This document shows positions 1-7,873 of a stretch of 20,000 bases of DNA, piece by piece. Below the pieces are notes generated by a model. It worked only from the letters and a program-made list of their open reading frames with translations. It was not told the DNA's origin and did no database searches. Positions within the stretch are counted from its first letter, which is position 1. Each line of letters begins with the position of its first letter. The position numbers and the translations under genes were made by a program. Source of the DNA: an uncultured virus (IMG/VR IMGVR_UViG_3300047547_000492) (lineage: Duplodnaviria; Heunggongvirae; Uroviricota; Caudoviricetes); the IMG/VR virus record IMGVR_UViG_3300047547_000492; one strand, written 5' to 3'.

Positions 1-1
1 T

Positions 2-1027
2 GGTCAGCGTCCCGTCGCCGTTGTTCACCAGGGACGTCGGCGCCATGCCGTCGTAGCCCTCGTCGGTGCTGTGACCGTCGTCGATCAGCTGAGGGATGAC
101 GACGCCGGGCTTGCCCATCGGATTCGCCTGAGCGCCCATCGCATTGAGCAGGTTGCTCCCGAGGCTGTTCACGATGCTCGGGTGGGCGTTGCTCGGCGAG
201 TCTCCGGTCGCGGTCAGCTCGGTCAGCCAGCGCGACCCGATGCTGTCGGTGATGCCCCACGCGAGGCCGGGATGCGATCGGTAGGACTTGTCGAGCTGCT
301 GGATCATGCCGGCCCAGATGCCGTTGTGGTACGAGAACCCGGCGTCGCGACCCTGGTAGTTCGCCGAGTTGGCCCGGATCTTGGTGAGCCACCCGTCGAC
401 AGCCGAGCGCTGTATGTTCAGGTCGGTGTCGGTCGGCAGGGCGGTCGAACCATTGATCCCGAGGTCGGCCAGCACGTTGCCGATGCCGGTGGCGATGCCC
501 CGACGCACCAGCTGGTTCACGTCCTGGCCGGCGCGCTTGGCCGCCTTGATGGCGGTCAGGCGGATGCCGAACGCCCCCGAGATGGTCCGGGTCTGGTACT
601 GGCTGGCGTCGACATCCGGCTTGTGGATCGGGATGCCGCTGCGGACGCCCTCGGTGGGCATCGGATGCATCCGGAAGCTCCGATCATCCCACGTGTCGAG
701 GTACCCGGACTGCTCCGTGACCGGCGCGAACGTGGTGAAACGCAGCCAGTCGGACTCCTTCCGGATCCGCGCGAAGATCCCGAGCTGCGCCTCGGGGTTG
801 AGAGCCGTCCCGGCGGGCTCCGAGTCAGCCTCGAGGTAGCCCGATCCCCTGGTGGAGACCGACACGCCGCCGTCGAGGCCAGCGGACCTCACGGTGCGCT
901 GCGGGGTGGCCGGGGACCGGTTCTGCTCGACCCGGACCTCCATCACCTGGTTCGACCGCCCGGTCGCCGGGGTTCCGGCGACCAGGCCCTGCACGGCCTT
1001 GAGGGCCTGTTCGACGATCGGATCCAT
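2..1027 (-). CDS. Major capsid protein, HK97 fold, XkdG-like (3' end runs off the window)
   Basis: Not in the ORF track because it has no stop in the window. Hand translation from ATG at 1027 is open for 342 codons: MDPIVEQALKAVQG...ALNPEAQLGIFARIRKESDWL...LGINGSTALPTDTDLNIQRSAVDGWLTKIR...MIQQLDKSYRS...NPMGKPGVVIPQL. These blocks resemble XkdG-type capsids (LxPEQ..F, xNGDT....DG, P.KY, FGVP). It lies downstream of protease and scaffold genes. Confidence 0.85.
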   Translation of the reverse strand, partial: MDPIVEQALKAVQGLVAGTPATGRSNQVMEVRVEQNRSPATPQRTVRSAGLDGGVSVSTRGSGYLEADSEPAGTALNPEAQLGIFARIRKESDWLRFTTFAPVTEQSGYLDTWDDRSFRMHPMPTEGVRSGIPIHKPDVDASQYQTRTISGAFGIRLTAIKAAKRAGQDVNQLVRRGIATGIGNVLADLGINGSTALPTDTDLNIQRSAVDGWLTKIRANSANYQGRDAGFSYHNGIWAGMIQQLDKSYRSHPGLAWGITDSIGSRWLTELTATGDSPSNAHPSIVNSLGSNLLNAMGAQANPMGKPGVVIPQLIDDGHSTDEGYDGMAPTSLVNNGDGTLT

Positions 1028-1088
1028 CTGGAATCCCCGAGGGTTGGGCTGTTGCGTCGTAGGGTTGAAGGACTGGACGCGGCTTGGG

Positions 1089-2324
1089 TCAGCCGCGGGC
1101 GCCGACCATCCGGTTGAGCGCGGGCATCTCGACCTCCAGCGGGTCGCCGTCGTCCTCCTCGGGGGCGAACCCGAAGGCTCCGGCGGGATCGCCCTGCGGG
1201 GTCGGCGAGGAGTAGAACGCCTTCATGGTCTGGACCATCGCCTCGGCGACGGACGGGGCGACCATCTCCTTGATGGCGTTCGCGAGGTCTCCCGAGGGGT
1301 TGGCCTTGATCTCGGCGGCGATGGTCTTGGCGAAGGCCGCGCGCGCCGCCGACTTCATGGCGGAGTTGACCTTCGGCGTACCAGAGATCGAAGCCGCGGC
1401 GTCCACGTCGACGCTCGAGACCGCGCTCGCGATCATGCCGAGGATGGCCTCTCCGCCCTGAAAGTCGCGGAGCTGACGGATGAACTCCTGGGGGTCGAAC
1501 TGCTCGACGCCGGTGTCTCCCCAGGCGAACTTCTTCGCGGCTTCGGGGAACTTGGCGGCCGCATCCTTCCGGGCCTGGTCGACGACCTCGAGGAACCCGA
1601 CGGGATCCTCCTTCGCCAGGGCAGCGAGCATGACGATGGTGAGCACTGGAGCCTCCTGAGGTGTTGACGACGACTTGGCGGCGACCCCGACGACGCCGTC
1701 GCGGATCTCAGACGCCCACTGAGCGAACAGACAGCCGACCTCTGAGAAGATGCCGAGGATGGTCTCCGTCGATGATCCCTCGCCTCCAGCGGCGAGCACG
1801 GACACCACGGAGTCCCTGAGGTGCACCTTGGCCTGGCCGAGCGACCTGACGAAGGCATTCCGATCGATCTGCGTCTCGGTATTCGCCTCGAGGCGCATGT
1901 GAGGTTGGAGGTCGACGCGACGTTGGGACGCGACCTCCGCCATCTTGGCGTGTCCGACCGCCACCGCGAGGGCCGCCACGCGCGCGGCCGCCTGGTTGGT
2001 GCAGGCGATCACCCGAGCGGCCCTGTCCGACGCGGCGATCGGACGGTCGAGCACGTCGATGAGGACGGTCTCCCACGCGTCGAGGGTCTCGTCGATGAAC
2101 CCCACCAGCTCGTCCGCCGAGGCACCGGCCCGTTGGATCGCCTGGGGTCCCGGCGGATCCCTGAGGACGTCACCAGGCGGTGAGGCGGACTTCCACGACG
2201 ACGCGGGCCGGTCGTTCGCGCCCCAGTCGACGATCGAGAGGTGACGCGGTATCGGATTGGTGAGCAGCACCACCTCCGCCGTCCCGTCCGGCCCGACGTT
2301 CAGCTGACGACGGCTCCTCCTCAC
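1089..2324 (-). CDS. Scaffold-like head protein with an N-terminal prohead-protease motif (HLSIVDWGAN)
   Basis: Probable start is GTG at 2324, overlapping the upstream stop (GTGA) with GAGGAGG just upstream. The N-terminal LTNPIPRHLSIVDWGANDRPASSWKS resembles the XkdF motif ITHVSYVDKAAN..FFxKS. The rest is Ala-rich and helical, and the gene lies between protease and capsid. Confidence 0.65.
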   Translation of the reverse strand: MRRSRRQLNVGPDGTAEVVLLTNPIPRHLSIVDWGANDRPASSWKSASPPGDVLRDPPGPQAIQRAGASADELVGFIDETLDAWETVLIDVLDRPIAASDRAARVIACTNQAAARVAALAVAVGHAKMAEVASQRRVDLQPHMRLEANTETQIDRNAFVRSLGQAKVHLRDSVVSVLAAGGEGSSTETILGIFSEVGCLFAQWASEIRDGVVGVAAKSSSTPQEAPVLTIVMLAALAKEDPVGFLEVVDQARKDAAAKFPEAAKKFAWGDTGVEQFDPQEFIRQLRDFQGGEAILGMIASAVSSVDVDAAASISGTPKVNSAMKSAARAAFAKTIAAEIKANPSGDLANAIKEMVAPSVAEAMVQTMKAFYSSPTPQGDPAGAFGFAPEEDDGDPLEVEMPALNRMVGARG

Positions 2325-3295
2325 GTTGCCTCCTCGAGGTGACCACGAAGGTGAGCCTCCGCCCCGGGCCTGAGCTCCGGGGGAATCGAGTCGAGCCTGG
2401 ACATCGCCTCGAGGACACCCGCCCTGGAGGTCATCATGGCGCCGGACCTGACTCTGTGGTGTGGGAGCCAAGCGTCTGCGCCCCTGCAGGCGGCGAACGC
2501 CTCTCTCCCGAGGATCGAACCCGATGCCGAACCTGCGCGAACGCCGACCGACTCGAGGGACCTCACGGCGTCATCCCGATCCCAAGGGGAGTGGTCCGTG
2601 GGCCACCTCGACGCCGCCCTGGTGAGGGTCGGAGACTCGAACAGGGCGGCTGCCAGGCCGGCCCACGGGCCGTCGGACACGCCAGACACCTCGATGGTGT
2701 CGGCATCCACGGCGATGGCCAGAGGCATGCCGTGCGACCTGACCGCGACGAACAGGCCTGGAGAGACCTCCCTGACGGCCTGGACTCCCTCATAGCCGCA
2801 TGAGGCGATCTCCGCAGCCCACTCCGAGAGGGTGGAGGGGAGCGCCACGGGCCGTGGCGCTCCGCGGCCCGTGGCCACCGGCAACCTGACGACCTTGTTG
2901 AAGGTCAGAGCGTCGAGGCTGACGCTGTTGAGCTTCCCGCTCCTGAGGCCGTCCATGGCCTCCTTGGACTGATGGACGTCTAGACGAGCCGCGTGGCTGT
3001 TGATCGGGAACGCCGGCGATGCGATCTCTGGCGCGTTGAAGAACGACTCGACGGCCCTGACATTTCGACCGATCCCGTCGTGCTGGATGTCCACCGACGG
3101 TCCAAACGCCAGCCACCTGTGGGCGAACAGCTCCACGTCGGTGGGCAGCATCCCGGTGCCGTGCAGATCCAGGTCCTCCGCCCTGACTGCGCCCGGGTCG
3201 AGAGCCGCATAGTTGACGAACCACACGAGGCCGCGGACTAGGTCCGACCTCATCTGGTCCATCATCATGGCGATCTTCACCGAGCTCGCTTCCAT
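2321..3295 (-). CDS. XkdF-like prohead serine protease (Peptidase S78_2-like) with a C-terminal accessory domain
   Basis: Motifs DLHGTGM..TDVELFAHRWL, VDIQHDG, VESF and LRSGKLNSVSL match the XkdF pattern (DAHGDFM..EIEKAAH.F, IDKQHD, VVESY, IKKGEITGYSM). The C-terminal WD..AV..L / LPHH / GV.EA / HL.GHL segment resembles a domain seen in phage head-maturation proteins. Confidence 0.8.
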   Translation of the reverse strand: MEASSVKIAMMMDQMRSDLVRGLVWFVNYAALDPGAVRAEDLDLHGTGMLPTDVELFAHRWLAFGPSVDIQHDGIGRNVRAVESFFNAPEIASPAFPINSHAARLDVHQSKEAMDGLRSGKLNSVSLDALTFNKVVRLPVATGRGAPRPVALPSTLSEWAAEIASCGYEGVQAVREVSPGLFVAVRSHGMPLAIAVDADTIEVSGVSDGPWAGLAAALFESPTLTRAASRWPTDHSPWDRDDAVRSLESVGVRAGSASGSILGREAFAACRGADAWLPHHRVRSGAMMTSRAGVLEAMSRLDSIPPELRPGAEAHLRGHLEEAT

Positions 3296-3365
3296 TTCTT
3301 TGAATTAACAGCGCCACGTCGACTCAGCCACGGGAGAGTTGGCCCGACGGGTTCGACGGACGTCG

Positions 3366-3791
3366 TCAGAGACAGTCCGCCGTGACGTCATCCCAGTCCG
3401 CGAGGGTCGCGACCCCGTCCGGCGTGGCCTCCCAAACGGAGCGCCGCCTCTGGTTGTCACCGATGATCTTGCCCTCGGAGAACAGGGCCACCAGGCCCAC
3501 GTCGGACATGGCCTGGAGCATCCTCCACAGCCTCGTCTCGGCCTGAGGGGTCACGGCGAGCAGGCCGTCGGCCGTGGAGAAGTCCTCGATGGCGTCCAGC
3601 GCGCCACGCCGGGCCAGCTCGACGCACGATTTGATGGACAGTGGGCACGCACGACGATTGGGAGTCGCCGTCAGGATCCTCAGCATCTCAGCCCATCTGT
3701 GGTGTTCCGCCTTGGTCTTCACCAACCTGACCGACGGCGAAACCATCGGTCCGTGCATCCACAGGCCGGCGAACCCCCTCGACGTGTCCAC
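3366..3791 (-). CDS. Winged-helix (PadR-like) DNA-binding protein
   Basis: C-terminal RLWRMLQAMSDVGLV...RRRSVWEATPDG resembles the PadR-type recognition helix and wing (LY..L..L...GLV...RR.Y.LT..G). Starts 3 nt after the upstream stop. Confidence 0.55.
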   Translation of the reverse strand: MDTSRGFAGLWMHGPMVSPSVRLVKTKAEHHRWAEMLRILTATPNRRACPLSIKSCVELARRGALDAIEDFSTADGLLAVTPQAETRLWRMLQAMSDVGLVALFSEGKIIGDNQRRRSVWEATPDGVATLADWDDVTADCL

Positions 3792-3794
3792 GGC

Positions 3795-4073
3795 TCACCT
3801 CACGAGCGGCGTCTGGTACACCCAGTGCAGCGTGGACGGCGACCCGCTCGACTGCACGAAGTGGACGGCCTGCTTCTCGCACGGGCCGTCCATCGACAAT
3901 CCCTCGCCCGAGGCGATGGGGAACCCGGTGGCCGCGTCGGCCTCCGACGTCCCCATCTTCCACGCGATGGACTCCTCCATGCGGAACAGGTGACCCTTGG
4001 AGTTGGCCGGCAGGATCACGGTCGCGTCGACCCCGCTGACCATGGCGATCTTGATGTGGCATAACCTGAACAC
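3795..4073 (-). CDS. Small hypothetical beta-rich protein (possible virion accessory)
   Basis: 3' part of ORF 3795..4226. Start uncertain (GTG 4073 or ATG 4043). Coherent sequence (GFPIASGEGLSMD) that fills the gap in the minus-strand operon. Confidence 0.55.
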   Translation of the reverse strand: MFRLCHIKIAMVSGVDATVILPANSKGHLFRMEESIAWKMGTSEADAATGFPIASGEGLSMDGPCEKQAVHFVQSSGSPSTLHWVYQTPLVR

Positions 4074-4123
4074 TCCCCCAGGGTATCGACCCCGCGTGAC
4101 ACCGGCCACTCGGGGTCGGGTCG

Positions 4124-4762
4124 TCAACGGTCGATCAGCCTCGGCTCCAGCGACACCCGGGCCGCCTCGACGACCATCCTGATGGTCGACGGATGGGCCT
4201 TGGAGCGACGGTCGTCGATGTCGCACGGCGCGCCCGCTGACACGACGCGCTTCTTGACCGTCAGGTCCGGCGCGTCGACCTTGAGCACCTCCACCGTCAC
4301 GCCGTTCAGGTCGTACGCGGGGGTTACCCGCCTGAACGTCCCCCGAGGGAAGAGGTACGACTCGCCAGCGGACACGTGCACGACGACCTCGACGGGCGTC
4401 ACGGTCCCAGGCAGGCGGACGTTGACCTGGCCCCTGTCAGACGGCTCGACCTCCCACACGCTGAATTGGCCGTTGGGCATCGGCCAGGCCGACACCTCGA
4501 TGTTGACCAGCTGGCCCGCGATGACGGTCGACGAGAATCCGAAGCGATGATCCCTGATCTCGCGCGTGACGAACGGTTCCACCTGGAGCGACCGATGCCA
4601 CACCTTGACCCTCGGCCGATCGTTCGGCGACAGTCCGACCACGAACCCCCTCGGGTCGTGGCGCCACTCGACGCTGGGGTCGTCGAAGGCGAACACGGCA
4701 TCCACGACGACGCGTCGAACCGCCGTGGCGGTGGCTGGACGTCGCTTCGTGACGGGCCTCAC
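4124..4762 (-). CDS. Cupin-like (cysteine-dioxygenase-like fold) protein with a degenerate metal site
   Basis: RVKVWH...IRDHRFGFSSTVIAGQLVN...AGESYLFPRGTFRRV follows the cupin pattern RLHVW...IHDH.W.F.S.VL.G.L.N...G..Y......FH.V. Overlaps the upstream gene by 4 nt. Confidence 0.65.
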   Translation of the reverse strand: MRPVTKRRPATATAVRRVVVDAVFAFDDPSVEWRHDPRGFVVGLSPNDRPRVKVWHRSLQVEPFVTREIRDHRFGFSSTVIAGQLVNIEVSAWPMPNGQFSVWEVEPSDRGQVNVRLPGTVTPVEVVVHVSAGESYLFPRGTFRRVTPAYDLNGVTVEVLKVDAPDLTVKKRVVSAGAPCDIDDRRSKAHPSTIRMVVEAARVSLEPRLIDR

Positions 4763-5499
4763 GGATGTCCGCTCAGGTCAGTCGGGCCGTAGGACTCGGG
4801 GTCGTTCATGCACGCCACCAGGATGGACTTGTACTTCTTGATGTATGCCCTCCACGGCATACGTTCGGCCGGCGCGTGGACCATGACGGCGTGGCGCTGC
4901 TCCGGCGTGGGGTCGGTCGGCGGGACGAACTCCGGCATCCAGCTCGGCCTCGGTCTCTCCGGCCGGTCCCAGCCTAGTCTGCCGAGGAGACCGGTCGGCA
5001 TCTGACCGCATCTGAGGCCGGCCATCTTGGCCAGGACCATGCGCCTGGCCATCTCGAGCTCCGCCTTGTGGTACTGGGCCCTGTAGGTAGACACCGGATC
5101 GCCTGGGATCTTGCATCGGTTGTGGGTCAGCTGGGGGATCTCCAGCGTAGACCCGGGCTCGAGGGGGGCGAGCCCGGTCGGAGCGTTGTCAAGCGCCCAC
5201 CACATCAGCCGTTCGGACGGGTAGACCTTCATGAATCTGAACCTCCTCTCGACCACGGTCGCCCTGCAGTGATCCACCATCCACTCCCACGCCTCTGAGG
5301 AGGACAGGACCCACTGAACCAGCGTAGATCCGGCCCACGCGGCGTTGATCGGACACCCCTCAGCCCCGGCGTGGGCCGCGGCATTCGTCAGCACGAGGCT
5401 CAACACCATGCCCTGGCGCCAGACGTGCATGTCGGCCAGGTACTTGGCTGACGTCCTGTGGTCATCATCGAGCATCCAAAGATCCAACCCGTCGCTCAT
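4759..5499 (-). CDS. Divergent pyrimidine-dimer DNA glycosylase-like (Pyr_excise) protein
   Basis: LDLWMLDDDHRTSAKYLADMHV, QWVLSSSEAWEWM, ERRFRFMKVYPS, GDPVSTYRAQY and W.RP..P.WM match the phage family MNIF.LD.DP..SA....DKHV / W...S..NY.WL / EY..RYGK.H / DPV.AYR.YY. A GGAG RBS precedes the ATG. Confidence 0.7.
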   Translation of the reverse strand: MSDGLDLWMLDDDHRTSAKYLADMHVWRQGMVLSLVLTNAAAHAGAEGCPINAAWAGSTLVQWVLSSSEAWEWMVDHCRATVVERRFRFMKVYPSERLMWWALDNAPTGLAPLEPGSTLEIPQLTHNRCKIPGDPVSTYRAQYHKAELEMARRMVLAKMAGLRCGQMPTGLLGRLGWDRPERPRPSWMPEFVPPTDPTPEQRHAVMVHAPAERMPWRAYIKKYKSILVACMNDPESYGPTDLSGHP

Positions 5500-5591
5500 C
5501 TTGTGTCTCCGGGCGCCTGACCACCTGAGGCCAGACGTTCAACACAGGATAACCCGGCCGGCGCGTCGGTGACACAGACCGCATGATCGTG

Positions 5592-5767
5592 GGGCCCGTT
5601 TGAGCGCCGATCAGCCGAGTCTGGGCCCGTTTGAGCGCCGATCAGCCGAGTCTGGGCCCGTTTGAGCGCCGATCAGCCGAGTCTGGGCCCGTTTGAGCGC
5701 CGATCAGCCGAGTCTGGGCCCGTTTGAGCGCCGATCAGCCGAGTCTGGGCCCGTTTGAGCGCCGATC
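5592..5767. repeat. Perfect 31-bp tandem repeat, 5 full copies plus a 21-bp partial
   Basis: Unit GGGCCCGTTTGAGCGCCGATCAGCCGAGTCT starts at 5592, 5623, 5654, 5685, 5716 and 5747 (partial). No spacers. Confidence 0.97.
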
Positions 5768-5831
5768 GTCAAAAAATTTTGAAAAAGTGGGTCGAAGCGC
5801 GCGCCGATCGTCAAAAAATTTTGAAAAAGTG
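5759..5831. repeat. 31-bp A/T-tract direct repeat, two copies, 42-bp period
   Basis: GCGCCGATCGTCAAAAAATTTTGAAAAAGTG at 5759-5789 and 5801-5831. Confidence 0.95.
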
Positions 5832-5872
5832 CGCTCATTTCATCGGATATTCCCCTCTGACAAGGAGATCCG

Positions 5873-5980
5873 CAGGATCTTCGATAATCTGAGCAATGCG
5901 TAATTCGGGGATCCTCAGGATCTTCGATAATCTGAGCAATGCGTAATTCGGGGATCCTCAGGATCTTCGATAATCTGAGC
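5873..5980. repeat. 43-bp tandem repeat, 2.5 copies
   Basis: CAGGATCTTCGATAATCTGAGCAATGCGTAATTCGGGGATCCT at 5873 and 5916, partial at 5959-5980. Confidence 0.95.
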
Positions 5981-6469
5981 GGGTGGTTTGGGGCGAGAGG
6001 CGGGGGGCCACGGTCACGGAGCCGAGCCCCCCGGCACTGCGTTCTCTGAAATCCCGATACCGATTCGTCAGCGGCACACTAGGTGCCTGGTCCGCGACCC
6101 CCTTAACCGAGGGGTCCATCCGACCGAACGCCGAATTTACGTGGTACGCTTAATTGCGTGGCGTAAACTAGCGTCGAGTTACACGGGGTGGACAGGTGGG
6201 GTTGGGCAGTAGCGACCTTGTATCACAACCTAATCGCTGACGACGATATCGTGCGCATAGTGGGCCAACGAAGGGGTACGAGCTTCCATCGCGCGGAGCG
6301 ATCAGGCGACGACTACCGGACCGTTGGACAACCCACGACTGACCATGGGTAGACCGCCTGACAAGCGTCTATCCAATGGTTCAGCATGCCGCGCCTACGC
6401 TACGGCCCTTAGGAACATCGGCTCACCTCGTAGGCGCGGCATCCTCAACCATTGGATAAGGAGTGCATC

Positions 6470-6613
6470 ATGTTCGCCACCGTCTTCATCACCTGGGCCG
6501 CCGGCGTGGCCCTCGTCCCCGCAGCCCTGACCTACCGGAGCCGTAAGGCTGTCGAGCAGAAGGACCTCCAGACGAACTTCGATCGAGTCATGAACCAGAC
6601 CGCCAACAAGTGA
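6470..6613 (+). CDS. Small membrane-anchored hypothetical protein (47 aa)
   Basis: Hand translation gives MFATVFITWAAGVALVPAALTYRSRKAVEQKDLQTNFDRVMNQTANK. AAGGAG RBS and hydrophobic N-terminus. Below the ORF-track cutoff. Confidence 0.7.
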   Translation: MFATVFITWAAGVALVPAALTYRSRKAVEQKDLQTNFDRVMNQTANK

Positions 6614-6614
6614 G

Positions 6615-6863
6615 GTGAGCGTGAGAGGGTACATCGGTAAGATCCTAAAGAACGGCGAGGAGGAGTCGTTCAAAGTTATCGACTTCACCGCGGATGAGGT
6701 CAACGGCACCACGGAGGTGTTCGTAAGAGCGGTGTCCCACGACAGAGCCGTGTGGCTGTGGTGGGACACCTTCGAGGGCGACTTCCGCCTCTGCGATGCA
6801 GACGGAGAGGTCGTACCAACCGATCGGGGTGGCTTCTCCATCCGAGATACCGAGAGGGGTTAG
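6615..6863 (+). CDS. Hypothetical phage protein (82 aa)
   Basis: ORF track; abuts the previous gene. Its TAG stop lies inside RNA motif copy 1. Confidence 0.7.
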   Translation: MSVRGYIGKILKNGEEESFKVIDFTADEVNGTTEVFVRAVSHDRAVWLWWDTFEGDFRLCDADGEVVPTDRGGFSIRDTERG

Positions 6864-6895
6864 GCTCGGTGCGGCGGCCTCCGGGCCGCGTCCCC
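6849..6895 (+). ncRNA. Pistol-like ribozyme candidate, copy 1 (P1-less)
   Basis: ACCGAG-AGGGG-TTAGG-CTCGGT-GCG-GCGGCC(TCCG)GGCCGC-GT-CCCC. Predicted cut G6890/U6891; ATG at 6913. Confidence 0.75.
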
Positions 6896-6912
6896 ACAGC
6901 GAGAGGTGTTTC

Positions 6913-7089
6913 ATGCGCGTTGTCATCCGCCACAGGATCTCCAACGGCGTCCACGACGGCTTCGAGGCCCTTCTGATCGACGGATGGGTCTCGAAACACT
7001 CCATCAGCGGCCCATCGCTCGAGAGGGTCGTCACGCAGGTCTCAACGATGTGGTCGGGGTACCCCGTGTACAACGACCTGCTCGGGTAG
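6913..7089 (+). CDS. Hypothetical phage protein (58 aa)
   Basis: GAGAGGTG RBS, then ATG 6913 (MRVVIRHRISNG...), in frame with ORF 6796..7089. Confidence 0.7.
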   Translation: MRVVIRHRISNGVHDGFEALLIDGWVSKHSISGPSLERVVTQVSTMWSGYPVYNDLLG

Positions 7090-7156
7090 TTACACGCGCG
7101 GGCCCGAGGGTTACACGCGGTGCCCGCGGATCAGCGATGCAGAATATGATCTAGGA

Positions 7157-7210
7157 GCCGGGAGGGGTTAGGCCCGGTGCGGCTCGAGGACCAGTCCTCG
7201 AAGCGTCCCC
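7157..7210 (+). ncRNA. Pistol-like ribozyme candidate, copy 2 (P1-less)
   Basis: GCCGGG-AGGGG-TTAGG-CCCGGT-GCG-GCTCGAGGA(CCAG)TCCTCGAAGC-GT-CCCC. Predicted cut G7205/U7206; ATG at 7233. Confidence 0.75.
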
Positions 7211-7232
7211 AACAACACGACAGGAGTCCACA

Positions 7233-7799
7233 ATGGCCAAGACCATCGACACGATCGCCACCGCCGCCCTCTTCGCCTCGTTCAAGCCCGAGGCGCTCGC
7301 GGAGGAGCTCGCGGCCCGCAAGCTGAAGCCCGTCGAGGACGTCGGCACCGCGAGCATGCTCCTCGCGAGCGGATGTAGGAGCCTCGACGACGTCACCACG
7401 ACCGTCATCAACCTCTCGCACGGCCAGGTGTCCGGCAAGGACATGACCGACATGCTGGCGAAGTGCTTCCCGAACCATCAGATCGGGGACAGGCACGGTC
7501 CGCACTACCTCAGCCTCGTGCGGACCGGCGACTCGGGCAGCAAGATCGAGTGCCGCTTCCGCGTGGCCAAGCGTCAGCGGGTCGCCAAGACCGAGCCTGA
7601 GGCGAAGGTCGTCGAGGTCGAGCGGACCTACGACCTCAGCTCGCTGGACCCGAAGCACCTCGACAGGATCGTGAAGGCCGTCAAGGGGACGCCCCTCGAG
7701 AACCTGATCGCCAAGTGCCTCGAGACCAAGGTCGAGCCGAAGCTCGAGCCCGAGGTCAAGGTTCATGACCAGGAGGAAGCCGCTCCGGCCGCCAAGTAG
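7233..7799 (+). CDS. Hypothetical protein, RHGPxYLS family paralog 1
   Basis: AGGAG RBS. Contains MTDMLAKCFPNHQIGDRHGPHYLSLVRTG, shared with the genes at 12766-13098 and 19397->20000. Confidence 0.85.
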   Translation: MAKTIDTIATAALFASFKPEALAEELAARKLKPVEDVGTASMLLASGCRSLDDVTTTVINLSHGQVSGKDMTDMLAKCFPNHQIGDRHGPHYLSLVRTGDSGSKIECRFRVAKRQRVAKTEPEAKVVEVERTYDLSSLDPKHLDRIVKAVKGTPLENLIAKCLETKVEPKLEPEVKVHDQEEAAPAAK

Positions 7800-7809
7800 C
7801 CGAGTGACG

Positions 7810-7857
7810 ACCGGGAGGGGTTAGGCCCGGTGCGGCGGTCCGACGGACCGCGTCCCC
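7810..7857 (+). ncRNA. Pistol-like ribozyme candidate, copy 3 (P1-less)
   Basis: ACCGGG-AGGGG-TTAGG-CCCGGT-GCG-GCGGTCC(GAC)GGACCGC-GT-CCCC. Predicted cut G7852/U7853; ATG at 7874. Confidence 0.75.
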
Positions 7858-7873
7858 AATCGAGAGGTGTTCA

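Noticed and set aside
71..1667. Long plus-strand ORFs (71..1117, 369..839, 852..1667)
   Set aside because: Antisense shadows of the capsid and scaffold genes, typical of high-GC DNA, with no recognisable motifs.
2325..2471. N-terminal extension of the 460-aa ORF
   Set aside because: It overlaps the protease C-terminus; GTG 2324 has an RBS and a GTGA coupling.
5592..5767. CRISPR array
   Set aside because: The 31-bp units are head-to-tail with no unique spacers, and no cas genes are visible.
6237..6275. Hammerhead ribozyme core (CTGACGA), also at about 18487
   Set aside because: No correctly placed GAAA or three-stem junction follows.
7089..7152. Sigma70-like promoter (GTTACACGCG twice, TATGAT)
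   Set aside because: The spacing between the candidate -35 and -10 boxes is not convincing, so I did not call it as a feature.
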